Assembly: GCA_965367815.1 (NCBI GenBank)
Contig: CBDUKN010000021.1
Coordinates: 1-44,182, forward strand
Origin: an uncultured Thermoprotei archaeon
GTDB taxonomy: Archaea > Thermoproteota > Thermoprotei > Thermofilales > B15-G2
Direction of reading: 5' to 3'
DNA: 44,182 bases
Made by a program: the position numbers and the translations under genes. Under the pieces are notes generated by a model, which was given only the letters and a program-made list of their open reading frames with translations, did not search any database and was not told the origin of the DNA. Position 1 is the first letter of the stretch. Every line of letters starts with the position of its first letter. Shown here piece by piece: positions 20,036 to 29,911 of this stretch.

Positions 20036-20326
20036 GTGTATAGAGTGGAGTGGACTGTCAGCATAGATAAGCAAGGGCGCTTGACTATTCCTGCTCCTAT
20101 ACGCGAGCTACTAGGACTAAAGCAGGGAGGAAAAGCTATAGTAAGGCTAGAAGATAACCGAATAATAATTGAAGTAATTAAGGAGGATTTAGAAGAGAAA
20201 GTAGATAAGTGGGCTAGCGAAGTATTGGCAACAGAAATAGAAGCTAAGGGCCTTGATCTTTCTATAAAAAAAGATAAGTGGGGTATCGATGTAGACTATG
20301 TTTTACGCAAACTCGGGCTTTATTGA
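20036..20326 (+). CDS. AbrB/MazE-type antitoxin
   Basis: IDKQGRLTIPAPIRELLGL. Confidence 0.9.
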   Translation: MYRVEWTVSIDKQGRLTIPAPIRELLGLKQGGKAIVRLEDNRIIIEVIKEDLEEKVDKWASEVLATEIEAKGLDLSIKKDKWGIDVDYVLRKLGLY

Positions 20327-20792
20327 AGGAGTAGTCGATGTGAGCATAATTATTCCGGTATGCTTTAAGAACCCGCTTAAAAAGTATGCAGTAGACTTCC
20401 TCTCAAATATTCTAAAACTCAAAAGAGTATGCATTATACCAGTTTCAGCCATAATAGGTGCATATCACATTGTTACAAAGTACTTAGGTGTTCCTCGACT
20501 TCATGCAAAGAAAACTCTTGTAGGCTTGCTGGAAACAAGATCTCCTGTACTCTATCCACCAATAGAAATCGGCGTAGCAATAAATGCTCTAGACTATGCT
20601 TCAGCTTATAATATTGAGTCATGGGACGGCTATCTTGTAGCACTAGCTAAAAGTCTTAAAACTAATGTAATTTATTCTCTTGACAAAAAACTTGCTTCAG
20701 TAGTTGAAGACTTAATAGTAATAAACCCTTTCCCAGAAAAAGCTACTAAAGAATATCACTCCTATTTAAAGAGTATAGTGAAAAGGCCCTGA
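20298..20792 (+). CDS. VapC-type PIN toxin
   Basis: VVDVS, SWDGYLVA and YSLD motifs; downstream of AbrB. Confidence 0.85.
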   Translation: MFYANSGFIEGVVDVSIIIPVCFKNPLKKYAVDFLSNILKLKRVCIIPVSAIIGAYHIVTKYLGVPRLHAKKTLVGLLETRSPVLYPPIEIGVAINALDYASAYNIESWDGYLVALAKSLKTNVIYSLDKKLASVVEDLIVINPFPEKATKEYHSYLKSIVKRP

Positions 20793-20823
20793 ACTTTAAA
20801 TACCTTTTCTGAAAACTGTTTTC

Positions 20824-21342
20824 ATGTCCTCGAGTGCTCTTGATACTATCTATAGAGATTCTTTTCCAGCGAAAACGTTTGCTGAAGAGACAGTGAAGTA
20901 CTGGAAAGCACAGGGTATAGAGGCTGTCTTAGTTGTAGCTACAGATGAAGACGCTGAGGCTTGCGGATGGAGTAACATAGATGAGTATATACAATATCTT
21001 TCTGAGAAAGGCTTTGAAGTAATGCATTTACCGGTAGAAGACCACCGTGCTCCAAGCAACGTGGATATACTGCTTCAAGCACTTGAATGGCTTAAAAATA
21101 AGGTTAATTTCGGTAAGAAAATTGTAGTACATTGCTATGCTGGTATAGGGCGGACAAGTACTGTTCTTGTGTGCTTTCTAATTAAGTACTATGGACTGAG
21201 TCCTAAAGAAGCTCTAGCCGAGGTCTTCGAGAAATATGGAATAGAGCCCGATGCTTATAGTCAATACAGGTTTATTCACTGGTTTTACGAAAACTTCGCG
21301 AAAAAAGTAGTCAAAAAGAAACTTAAGCAAAAAAAGTATTAG
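20824..21342 (+). CDS. dual-specificity protein phosphatase
   Basis: HCYAGIGRT (CX5R) and VEDH general-acid loop. Confidence 0.9.
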   Translation: MSSSALDTIYRDSFPAKTFAEETVKYWKAQGIEAVLVVATDEDAEACGWSNIDEYIQYLSEKGFEVMHLPVEDHRAPSNVDILLQALEWLKNKVNFGKKIVVHCYAGIGRTSTVLVCFLIKYYGLSPKEALAEVFEKYGIEPDAYSQYRFIHWFYENFAKKVVKKKLKQKKY

Positions 21343-21364
21343 CGAGAAAAGCGAAAAGAAAAGC

Positions 21365-22405
21365 GTGGAAGTAAAGCTTACTCCTCTCGGACTCTACGTT
21401 TTAGACTACTCGGAGGACGAGCTTTCATACTCATTTATAGTTAATTCTGCGCGCAAATACTTGAGAAAACGAGACTTCCTGCACTATGCAAGCCAGTTTG
21501 TACCATGTAGAATTGGGTCAGAGACGTGGTCTCTGGCGTGGGCCTATATAAGAGAAGTCGACGACGTAATAGACTCTCCCCTCAACGCCTTTAAGAGACT
21601 AGAGATTATTGAAAAAGAGTGGGAAATAGTAGAAGATATTAGGAGAAATACATTTGTCGAAAAACCACCCCTGCCTTTTAGGTATTTCTGGTTAAACCAG
21701 TTTATAGAAAATATTGAGCTATATTACTCTAGTTCTGAGAGGCAGAAAATATGGAGTACGGTACACGGGCTCTACGAAAGCGCTGTACTCGACGCAAAAA
21801 GATACATGAAAGTAGTCCCCCGCAAACTGATGTATAAGCTCCTCGAAAAGAAAGCAGTATGTTTCTTTAGACTATACTTCCTCGTAGGAAAACTGAATTT
21901 AGAAAAATACTTAGATGATATAGCTGAATGCTTAGGATTGGCTCTAGGAATGCTCGACGATATACTCGATATCCTCTACGACTGGAGAAGCGGCTACATA
22001 AACATCACAGCCGAAGACTTAGAGGAAATAGGATTAAAGTATGATCCAAGAGACAGAAACTTCATAGAGAAAATTCTCGAAAAGAAAGTGATACATAAAA
22101 AGAGCCTTGAAATACTAAAGCTTCTATTTAAAGCGAGAGCCTTAGCATGGAAACTTAGAGACAATATAGTTAAGAAGCTTGTTTTAAGGCTAACAGAAGT
22201 TTTCGCAGCACCAATACTCGAGGGAAGATTCCTTCCCGGAGAAAAATACTTCTTCAAAGGAGGTCACTTACTCCTAAAAATTCTTCCTGAAAACGAAGAA
22301 GCAGCCTACGAAATAGGCCATCGCTTTATAAGTTTTATTCTATCAGTGCCTCAGATATCGCCTCTACTGATTAAAACATGGATTAGACTTATTGAAAAAT
22401 ATTGA
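21365..22405 (+). CDS. class I isoprenoid synthase-fold protein
   Basis: two Asp-rich motifs, REVDDVID and MLDDILD. Confidence 0.6.
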   Translation: MEVKLTPLGLYVLDYSEDELSYSFIVNSARKYLRKRDFLHYASQFVPCRIGSETWSLAWAYIREVDDVIDSPLNAFKRLEIIEKEWEIVEDIRRNTFVEKPPLPFRYFWLNQFIENIELYYSSSERQKIWSTVHGLYESAVLDAKRYMKVVPRKLMYKLLEKKAVCFFRLYFLVGKLNLEKYLDDIAECLGLALGMLDDILDILYDWRSGYINITAEDLEEIGLKYDPRDRNFIEKILEKKVIHKKSLEILKLLFKARALAWKLRDNIVKKLVLRLTEVFAAPILEGRFLPGEKYFFKGGHLLLKILPENEEAAYEIGHRFISFILSVPQISPLLIKTWIRLIEKY

Positions 22406-22571
22406 AAAGGACTGTAAGATTCTAAACATTAGTATATTATTTTTACTTGAAATAATCTACTCTTCATTATTCGTAAAGCGTTTTAAGCTACTGCAAAAGG
22501 GATATATAAATATTTCTGCTATTCAAACAAAAATTATATATTTGCTAGCCGCGCGGGTGGTTCTTGGGATA

Positions 22572-23489
22572 ATGGATACAAGTTTGATAGCCGTATCATA
22601 CTACCCCTTCGGCAAAAAGGTCGTAGAAAAAGCCCGAGAAATTCTCCTAACTAAACGCGACCCAATAGAAGCTGTAGTCGAGGGTATAAAAGTCATAGAA
22701 GAAGACCCCAGCATAGGTAGCGTAGGCATTGGAGGACTACCGAACATAGAGGGAGAACTAGAGCTAGACGCAGCCATAATGGATGGTAAAACACTACGAT
22801 GCGGTGCAGTAGCCGCAGTCAAGAGAGTAAAGCACCCAATTTCACTAGCAAAGAAAGTCATGGAGTGCACTCCTCACGTAATGATTGTAGGTGAAGGAGC
22901 ACTAAAGCTAGCTAAGCTAGTCAAAGAAGAAATATCCGACGTACCTGCCGAAGAAGGCTACGTCAAGTTCATTCAGCGAAGGAAGAAGGCTAAAAAGAAA
23001 AAGGGTAACAGTAGTATTTTCGATGAAGTAAAAGAAGTAGCCGGTTTACCAGAGTCGCACGATACTATCGGCGCAATAGCTGTAGTAGGCAACTGGTTTG
23101 TAGCAGGAACTTCTACAAGTGGCCTCGCCTGCAAATTCCCTGGCCGAGTAGGAGACACACCTATAATTGGTGCAGGACTCTACGCAGACAACAACTTGGG
23201 AGCAGCCATATGCACAGGCTACGGCGAAGCAATAATAAGAGTAGTTGCCGCTAAATCAGCCTTAGACTTAATCGAGAAAGGATACACTCCCGAAGAAGCA
23301 GTAGTAGAAATAGTTGAGAAAGTAAACAAGCTGGCTAAAGAAGAAAACATAAATTATCACCTAGGAATTGTTGCAGTAAGCAAAGACCTCACTATAGCGT
23401 CTGCAGCAAACTTCAACTTCAAGTATGTTTACTGGACAAATGAAGAAGACCAAGTAGTCATGAAAAACGCCATTGTTATTAAGCCTTAA
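22572..23489 (+). CDS. Ntn-hydrolase: isoaspartyl peptidase / L-asparaginase / glycosylasparaginase
   Basis: ELDAAIMDG, HDTIG, TSTSG, GRVGD and TGYGE motifs; start placed at ATG 22572. Confidence 0.9.
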   Translation: MDTSLIAVSYYPFGKKVVEKAREILLTKRDPIEAVVEGIKVIEEDPSIGSVGIGGLPNIEGELELDAAIMDGKTLRCGAVAAVKRVKHPISLAKKVMECTPHVMIVGEGALKLAKLVKEEISDVPAEEGYVKFIQRRKKAKKKKGNSSIFDEVKEVAGLPESHDTIGAIAVVGNWFVAGTSTSGLACKFPGRVGDTPIIGAGLYADNNLGAAICTGYGEAIIRVVAAKSALDLIEKGYTPEEAVVEIVEKVNKLAKEENINYHLGIVAVSKDLTIASAANFNFKYVYWTNEEDQVVMKNAIVIKP

Positions 23490-23724
23490 ACTTCTCTAGT
23501 AAACTGCTTATTGTTTTAATAGATTTTATAAAAACTATTTTCTGTCTCAAAGTAGATAATGCTTCTTTGACTTCACTATCACTTAAGGAACTCAAATCTA
23601 GGCAAAAGACCATACCGTAATAGTATGCTAGCAGGTAAGGATCTATTCTTAGAATAAAGTCTACTTTATCAGCGAGCTTTAAGAAGTCTTCAAGAGACTC
23701 TACTTCAAATACTTCTCTCGCCAC
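23479..23724 (-). CDS. hypothetical protein
   Basis: 81-aa ORF with protein-like composition. Confidence 0.65.
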   Translation of the reverse strand: MAREVFEVESLEDFLKLADKVDFILRIDPYLLAYYYGMVFCLDLSSLSDSEVKEALSTLRQKIVFIKSIKTISSLLEKFKA

Positions 23725-23815
23725 GTTTTTCTAACATTAGTAGCGCTAATATCCTTAACTAAATCGATGATTCAATATTTTTAAGTACCTGCGAATAACA
23801 TTAGGCGCTGATAGC

Positions 23816-24829
23816 ATGCTAATAGAGTCACTAGTAGTCTTCACGGTGTCTTTCATAGTCACTTTCATTGCGACAAAACATGTAATAGAGTTTCTTAAGA
23901 AGAGAAACTTAGTTGCTCCGGATGCGCATAAGCCAGATAAACCACTTGTTCCAAGAATAGGGGGAATAGCTATATTCATTGGAGTCTCATCCGGAGTAAT
24001 AGCTACTCTACTGCTCTTCCTTCTAGGCTACTTGAAGTACCTGACATTAGAGAGAATACTCGTATTCTACTCTGTTTTCATACTAACAGCTATTATAGGG
24101 CTAGTAGACGACCTTAAGGTTCTAAAAGCTAAAGTAAAGACCGCGCTCACTATTCTGGGAGTCCTGCCTCTACTTGCGGCAGGATACTTCGGTATAATCA
24201 CAATAGGCAGACCCGAGCTACCTATTATCGGCAGACTACGCATGACTCTCATCTACTGGCTTCTACTTCCTCTCGCTGTAGCCGCTCCAGCAAACGCAGT
24301 CAATATGCTCGAGATAATGAACGGAATAATGCCCGCCACGTGTTCACTAGCCCTAGTAGCAGCCATTTTATCCGCCCTCATACTCGGCGGAAGAATAGAC
24401 GCTATATATATTTCGCTGATTATGCTAGGTACCCTACTAGCCTACTATCGCTACAACAAGTACCCCGCCAGAATATTTAGCGGAGACATGGGCAGCCTAT
24501 CTGTAGGTGCAGCTCTTGGAGCACTCGCAGTAATAGGGAGAATAGAGTTCATCGTAATGGTAACACTGTTCCCCCACATTATGAACGCTTTCTACGTAAT
24601 CTCTTCAGTCAGAGGACTCAAAGAAAGAAGAGAAATAGCTAGACCAACTATAGTTAAAGAAAACGGACTAATAGAAGCTTCAAGAAACCCTAAAGCCCCC
24701 TTGACTCTAGCTAGACTCATATTAGCTAAGGGTCCTCTAAGAGAAAAAGAAATAGTAGACGCAATAATACTCCTCGAACTGGTAGCCAGCATACTTGCAG
24801 TACTCTCAGCAATACTAATGAAAATTTAG
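23816..24829 (+). CDS. MraY/GPT family UDP-GlcNAc:dolichol-phosphate GlcNAc-1-P transferase (AglH-like)
   Basis: DAHK, GLVDD, NAVNM, YNKYPARIFSGDMG and NxLT-like PLTL motifs. Confidence 0.85.
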   Translation: MLIESLVVFTVSFIVTFIATKHVIEFLKKRNLVAPDAHKPDKPLVPRIGGIAIFIGVSSGVIATLLLFLLGYLKYLTLERILVFYSVFILTAIIGLVDDLKVLKAKVKTALTILGVLPLLAAGYFGIITIGRPELPIIGRLRMTLIYWLLLPLAVAAPANAVNMLEIMNGIMPATCSLALVAAILSALILGGRIDAIYISLIMLGTLLAYYRYNKYPARIFSGDMGSLSVGAALGALAVIGRIEFIVMVTLFPHIMNAFYVISSVRGLKERREIARPTIVKENGLIEASRNPKAPLTLARLILAKGPLREKEIVDAIILLELVASILAVLSAILMKI

Positions 24830-24857
24830 TCCATAAAATCAGCTTAGATAGCTGAAA

Positions 24858-25571
24858 TCACCCCTTCACATATGCTATATAGGCGTGTCTAAGATCTATG
24901 TACTTTATTTTTTCTGGTGGGTAGGGTGGAATTATTACTAGTGCTATAGCTTTAACTCTCTCTGGGTACTTGCCTCTACTTCCTCCTCCTGTTCGTAGAA
25001 TAGAAGAATCTAAGTTGAAGGTAAATATTTTTGATGTGGGCTGAATATCGTTGAAGCCGTCAGCTAACCCGATCCAAGTATAGGCCATATAAGCGATCAT
25101 ATAGGATGTTTTCCCACCAGCAACAACAGGTATAGCTGTTATAGGCTCATTAGCTAAGAAGCCGAGAGCTACTGAATCAGAAATTCTTTTCTCTAAAGGC
25201 CACTTAGAGTAAACAATAGACACATTCATTAACACCAGCCTAGAACCATTCTTGACGAATAGAAGAGGCTTCTTAAAGAAAACAAAATACCCCGAAACAG
25301 TCAAATTAACCTTACAGCCCCGACACACAATAGTATAATTCCTATAATACCTACTAATATTAGACATATAGATTACCAGATTCTTTTCAGCAATAACATT
25401 ATCTATTGGAATAATTTCTGCTACTTTCGGCTTTTTGCTACCTGAAAAATAGTAGTAAGTAGCCCATGTCATTAAAATAGCCTCAGCTATTACTAAAATA
25501 AGTAAAACTTTTTTAGAAAAATTCATAGATATCACCTCATACAAATCCATAGAAGAAAAACAAGATTCCAT
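24858..25571 (-). CDS. membrane-anchored hypothetical protein
   Basis: N-terminal TM, CRGC motif; true start probably at MNFSKK. Confidence 0.6.
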   Translation of the reverse strand: MESCFSSMDLYEVISMNFSKKVLLILVIAEAILMTWATYYYFSGSKKPKVAEIIPIDNVIAEKNLVIYMSNISRYYRNYTIVCRGCKVNLTVSGYFVFFKKPLLFVKNGSRLVLMNVSIVYSKWPLEKRISDSVALGFLANEPITAIPVVAGGKTSYMIAYMAYTWIGLADGFNDIQPTSKIFTFNLDSSILRTGGGSRGKYPERVKAIALVIIPPYPPEKIKYIDLRHAYIAYVKG

Positions 25572-25897
25572 ATTAGCGCTATTGTAAAAGCATAAAAATG
25601 AGATTTCCAGTCTCTAGTTAAAAGAAGCTTTGCTTTAGTCTCCTTATATACTAAAGGAGAACAAATCAGCATCAAAGCTTCTATAATGAAAATGAGTATT
25701 CCAATTAATGAAAATAACTTTATTTTAAGAACCCTGAAAAAGTAGAGGAGAGCACCATAAATAAGAAAGATCCATACAAAAACTCCATAAAGAGAAACAA
25801 GCTCATACTTATACTTACTTAATTTAACTCTCATTAAATTTATTAAACTTAACTTGTTCTTTAACGACACCATAGACATCACCTTTATATTAAACAC
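25532..25897 (-). CDS. small 3-TM membrane protein
   Basis: three hydrophobic segments. Confidence 0.55.
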   Translation of the reverse strand: MFNIKVMSMVSLKNKLSLINLMRVKLSKYKYELVSLYGVFVWIFLIYGALLYFFRVLKIKLFSLIGILIFIIEALMLICSPLVYKETKAKLLLTRDWKSHFYAFTIALIWNLVFLLWICMR

Positions 25898-26013
25898 GAT
25901 TTAAAAACAAATCCTTAACACAGCTACAGTAACTATATGTAAACAGAAAAATAAATAATATTTGTCTCCTCAGTATCCTATTAAGCACTGTTCAGCACCT
26001 CAATAATAGCTTA

Positions 26014-26485
26014 CTATGTAGTAGTACATACATAGCCTGATCCACGTGATAAGCAATAGTTTTTGAGACAGCCAGCCCTTTCAGCAATGCAGTCAGCACA
26101 CTGTGGACAATCATTCTTAATAGCAAAATAAATACAGTTAGCAGCTCGTCCTACAATCTGGATAATCACTGGAATCTGACCACTCTTATATAAAACGTAT
26201 TATTGCACCTACTGTGAGTGGAGTCACCACGTAAATTGCGAGAAAACAGTTATCGCATTCTGGACAGGGATATGTTGATAAACAGTCTTGGACACACTCT
26301 GGTTTCCAGTCTGTGCAGTATTGGCATGTATAGCACTCTGGCTGTACTTCTGCTGTAAGAGATATTGATTGTGGCTGGGCTACTGCAGGAAGTATGTTAG
26401 CCGCTATTATGGCTAAAATTACTGTTATTGCTGTTAATATAGTATTCTTCTTATTCTTATTTATAATTTTCCTCATGTATCCCAC
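26014..26485 (-). pseudogene. secreted cysteine-rich protein, frameshifted near 26192
   Basis: signal peptide ending AVA, 8 Cys before and 7 Cys after a +1 shift in a T4 run. Confidence 0.65.
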
Positions 26486-26667
26486 AAATAATTGAAAGAA
26501 AATAGAAATATTTATTTGTTTTTAAAAAAGTAAAAAATTTTACTTAAGATTAGTACTCCATAGATATTTAGTTAAAGAATTATTTTACTTAGTTTAATGT
26601 TTTCATGGTATGTATAAGTAAGTAGAGGCGATGAAAATATACTAGAGTAACTGGAATAATATGTACG

Positions 26668-26715
26668 GTGATGATGAACCGGGTTCTGAGCGATGACGAT
26701 GTGTGGCATCGCTGA
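26668..26715 (+). ncRNA. box C/D sRNA
   Basis: C GTGATGA 26668-26674, D' CTGA 26686-26689, C' GCGATGA 26690-26696, D CTGA 26712-26715. Confidence 0.85.
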
Positions 26716-26778
26716 TAAAATTGAGTTACTTTACTCGTATTCGCTGGATTTATTTTCTTATTTAGTGAATAGATTTTG

Positions 26779-26883
26779 ATGCCGCGTGTAGAGAGATATT
26801 CTTTCAGAGAAATAGTAATTGATGGAAAGCTTTACACAAAAGACTTGATTATTACGCCTACTCGAATTAAGCTGAATTGGTGG
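26779..26883 (+). pseudogene. Mth938-like gene, N-terminal fragment interrupted by a TnpB element end
   Basis: VERYSFREIVIDGKLYTKDLII...NWW, then an abrupt switch to element sequence. Confidence 0.7.
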
Positions 26884-27175
26884 ACCCCCTCTTTCGGCTC
26901 TAGGCCAGCTGGCCTTTCATTGCCTGCCTGGGGGTCAGGCAAGTTACCCCTATGCGGGGCTAGTGGGGTATCTCCCTTTCGGGTAAAAAGTATTTAATTT
27001 AATTTTTAGGCACCCATTTCTGTTCTCTAATTAAGTAAACATATGTTGTAGGACTGTTAAGTAGGTTCTTTAATTCTTTTTCACTCAATTTAACATTAGT
27101 ATTTCCTCGTAAAATATTATATGCCGCTGCTAAATCCGCGTTAAAGCTTCCACATTTTTCGCACACAAAATAAGC
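26882..27175 (-). mobile_element. truncated TnpB element (C-terminal remnant 26999-27175 + omega-RNA 26882-26987)
   Basis: FVCEKCGSFNADLAAAYNILRGN...TYVYLIREQKWVPKN* is homologous to the end of TnpB1; RNA part near-identical to 7561-7668. Confidence 0.9.
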
Positions 27176-27314
27176 CTACTTCGATTAATCCCTAGAGAAC
27201 AAAGCATTTAGGAGGGAAAAACTCCAAGTATTTTATACGAATTCTCCTATTGTACATTACCTACTGGTATGCTCGGTAAATAACAGTATATATTTCTTTT
27301 AAATGAAATAAGTA

Positions 27315-28010
27315 GTGGGGATATCGGTGATTAAAGGAGGATTTGAATTGTTTAAAAACACTCTTAAGGAAAATGAATTCGTATTCACTTACCTCGAGTA
27401 CTCTTCAGTTATTTTCAAAATAGGAGACTACTTAATAAGTATAGATCCAGCAGTTTTTCCACCAGACATATTTAATAAGATAAGTAAATTACACTTCGTT
27501 TTGTACACTCACAGCCACAGTGACCACTTTAACTTAGATACAGCTCTGAAAATCTACGAGACTTGGGCTTCTATAATCTTCGCTCCAGAAGACGTTCATA
27601 AAGAACTTTATCCCTACTTGCCTTCAAGCCACTTAATTAAGCTAAAGCCCCGCATTAAAGCCAGAGTAAAGAACTTGACTATAGCTACAATAGAGGGAAA
27701 ACACGTGTGTCCTATTCTACTTTACTTAATTTCACTAGGAAGTCTCTCTGTTTTCCATGGAGGAGACTCAGGTCACGTAGATCTATCTAAGCTGTCTGCA
27801 AAAATAGCTTTCGTGCCAGTAGGCTATCCCTCGCCAACAGCTTCTCCCGAAGATGCTGTACGTATGGTAGAAGACCTAAAACCTAAGTACACAATACCTA
27901 TACACGGAAGGCAACCCGACTTCAAGGAATTTATCGAGATCATTAAGAAAAAGAAAATAGACACAACAGTTATTGAAGCAAAGCCCGGAGAAGTGTACTT
28001 ACTGTCTTAA
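27315..28010 (+). CDS. metallo-beta-lactamase-fold hydrolase (UlaG/UPF0173-like)
   Basis: IDP, THSHSDH, FHGGD and IPIH motifs. Confidence 0.9.
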   Translation: MGISVIKGGFELFKNTLKENEFVFTYLEYSSVIFKIGDYLISIDPAVFPPDIFNKISKLHFVLYTHSHSDHFNLDTALKIYETWASIIFAPEDVHKELYPYLPSSHLIKLKPRIKARVKNLTIATIEGKHVCPILLYLISLGSLSVFHGGDSGHVDLSKLSAKIAFVPVGYPSPTASPEDAVRMVEDLKPKYTIPIHGRQPDFKEFIEIIKKKKIDTTVIEAKPGEVYLLS

Positions 28011-28077
28011 ATCTAGCTACGTGAACTGGAGTTCACATAACAGCTAATAGTGTCTCTTATTAATGAGGTAAGGAACT

Positions 28078-29037
28078 GTGATAACGATGAAGAAAACTAT
28101 AGGAGTTCCCTTAGCAATAGTATTAAGCATAATACTCGTGCTAGGATACTCTATACCACCGAATGTGGCTCAGAAAATGATAACGCTAGCAGAAGAAGCC
28201 AGAGAACAACTTATTATCAGAATACAGCTTATTAACGAAAGCACCGTAAACGCCACTATATTAGAGCAAGTGAATCAGAGCCTCGCACAGGGAGACCTCC
28301 TCTTAGAGCAAGCTAAAAGCGCTTACAGCGCAGGCAACTACACTGAAGCAGCTAAACTAGCACTAGAAGCTATGAAAACTTACAGGCAGGCAGTATGTCT
28401 ACTCTGCGACTATATTGAAAACGCCTCACTGAAAATAAGAGAAAGAATACAGCAGCAAAACGCCACAAAGTGCCCAGGCTTACTTGTAGCAATTGAACGA
28501 CACTTAGCAGTAATTGAGCACTTAAGAGACGTCTTAGCACACCTAGCTACCAAGGGATTCAATGTCACTGAAGCATACCAAGTGCTCTCTCAGGCTGAAA
28601 ACTTACTGCTTCAAGCAAAAGAGCTAGCTTTAAGCGGTGGAAACTGCAGCGAAGTAGCAAAACTAGATGCACAAGCAATGTCTCTTATAGGCAAAGCAAT
28701 GAGCTGCGTAAAGAAAGATGTAGCTGAGCAAGCTAGAGAAAAGAGAGTAGAAAAAGTCCTTGAAGCACTTAGTAGAAAGCTTCAAGCAATGAAGAAGAAA
28801 CAGTTCAACAGTACTGAAGTCAAAAAGCTGCGCAAAGTACTAGAACACATATCAAATATGACCAAGAAGCATAAGGAAAAAGCAAAACAGATGCTTAAAG
28901 AAGTAAACAAGATGGCTAAAGGGGCAAAAGAAAAAAGTAAGCCCGGTGTAGGAGAAAAGGAGAAACATGCACCAAGTCATTCAAGTCGTGGAAACAGTGA
29001 AAAGAAACCTTGGTGTTCAGGTGGTAAGAAACCTTAA
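28078..29037 (+). CDS. secreted or anchored alpha-helical protein
   Basis: signal peptide, two helical repeats, Lys-rich tail. Confidence 0.7.
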   Translation: MITMKKTIGVPLAIVLSIILVLGYSIPPNVAQKMITLAEEAREQLIIRIQLINESTVNATILEQVNQSLAQGDLLLEQAKSAYSAGNYTEAAKLALEAMKTYRQAVCLLCDYIENASLKIRERIQQQNATKCPGLLVAIERHLAVIEHLRDVLAHLATKGFNVTEAYQVLSQAENLLLQAKELALSGGNCSEVAKLDAQAMSLIGKAMSCVKKDVAEQAREKRVEKVLEALSRKLQAMKKKQFNSTEVKKLRKVLEHISNMTKKHKEKAKQMLKEVNKMAKGAKEKSKPGVGEKEKHAPSHSSRGNSEKKPWCSGGKKP

Positions 29038-29911
29038 GTATTTTATCATATTTTCACTATTAAGCATAATTTTTATTCAAGTTATTTTTACTCAGCCTTA
29101 TACCCCTCTAAAACTATCTTTTAGAATCTACAGTACTGGACTTGTCGAAGTAAATTACGTTGTTGAACTAAAAAGCAACGAAACTTTGACTACTGAAATT
29201 ACTTTAATAGGAGCCCCCTTTATTGAAGATAAAACAGCCTACGTAATAATTTTAGATGAAAACGGAGTTCCAGTGCCATTCAATTTAACTGAAAACAAAA
29301 TTACTGCAGACACACTTGGAGTCTCATTGCTCAACATCACTTACTTTACTTATGACCTTACAGAGAAAAAGAAAGCTTTATGGAGATTCGAAGTATTTTC
29401 TCCAATAAACTTTACAGTAATACTTCCCGAGAACACTACTATAGTAGGACTTTCTGCAGTACCTATTAAAATAGACACAGTAAACGGAAAAGTTGTAGTA
29501 GTCATGCCAGCAGGAAAACAGTGCATCGAATATGTTCCTTCGTTACCGAAGACTATTATTCCATCTAAGTCTTCACAGAAACCTTCTCAAGAACAGTCCA
29601 CTGTAAAAGAACAAAAGAAATATCCTTTTGAACTGACTATAGTTATTTTAAGTGCTGCAGCTATAGCAGCTATTGCAGTAGCTCTCCTATTCTTTAAAGG
29701 AAGAAAGAAAGTTATCTTAACTGAAGAAGAGGAAGCCATAGTGAAAGCACTTAAGCGTCACGGTGGAGAAGCTTACCAGTTTGAAATAGCTAGGGAGTTA
29801 CCTTTCCCTAAGACAACTCTATGGAAGTATGTAAGAAAACTAGAGGAAAAAGGTATTCTAGTTATAGAGAAGAGAGGCCCTCAAAACTACTTAATTCTAA
29901 AGAAAAGTTAG
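28967..29911 (+). CDS. membrane protein with extracellular domain and C-terminal winged HTH
   Basis: signal/TM, beta domain, TM, then GGEAYQFEI...KTTLWKYVRKLEEKG. Confidence 0.8.
   Translation: MHQVIQVVETVKRNLGVQVVRNLKYFIIFSLLSIIFIQVIFTQPYTPLKLSFRIYSTGLVEVNYVVELKSNETLTTEITLIGAPFIEDKTAYVIILDENGVPVPFNLTENKITADTLGVSLLNITYFTYDLTEKKKALWRFEVFSPINFTVILPENTTIVGLSAVPIKIDTVNGKVVVVMPAGKQCIEYVPSLPKTIIPSKSSQKPSQEQSTVKEQKKYPFELTIVILSAAAIAAIAVALLFFKGRKKVILTEEEEAIVKALKRHGGEAYQFEIARELPFPKTTLWKYVRKLEEKGILVIEKRGPQNYLILKKS

Noticed and set aside
26668-26715. TIGR-like tandem C/D guide array
   Set aside because: C/D units are single and dispersed, and no Nop-domain gene is in the window
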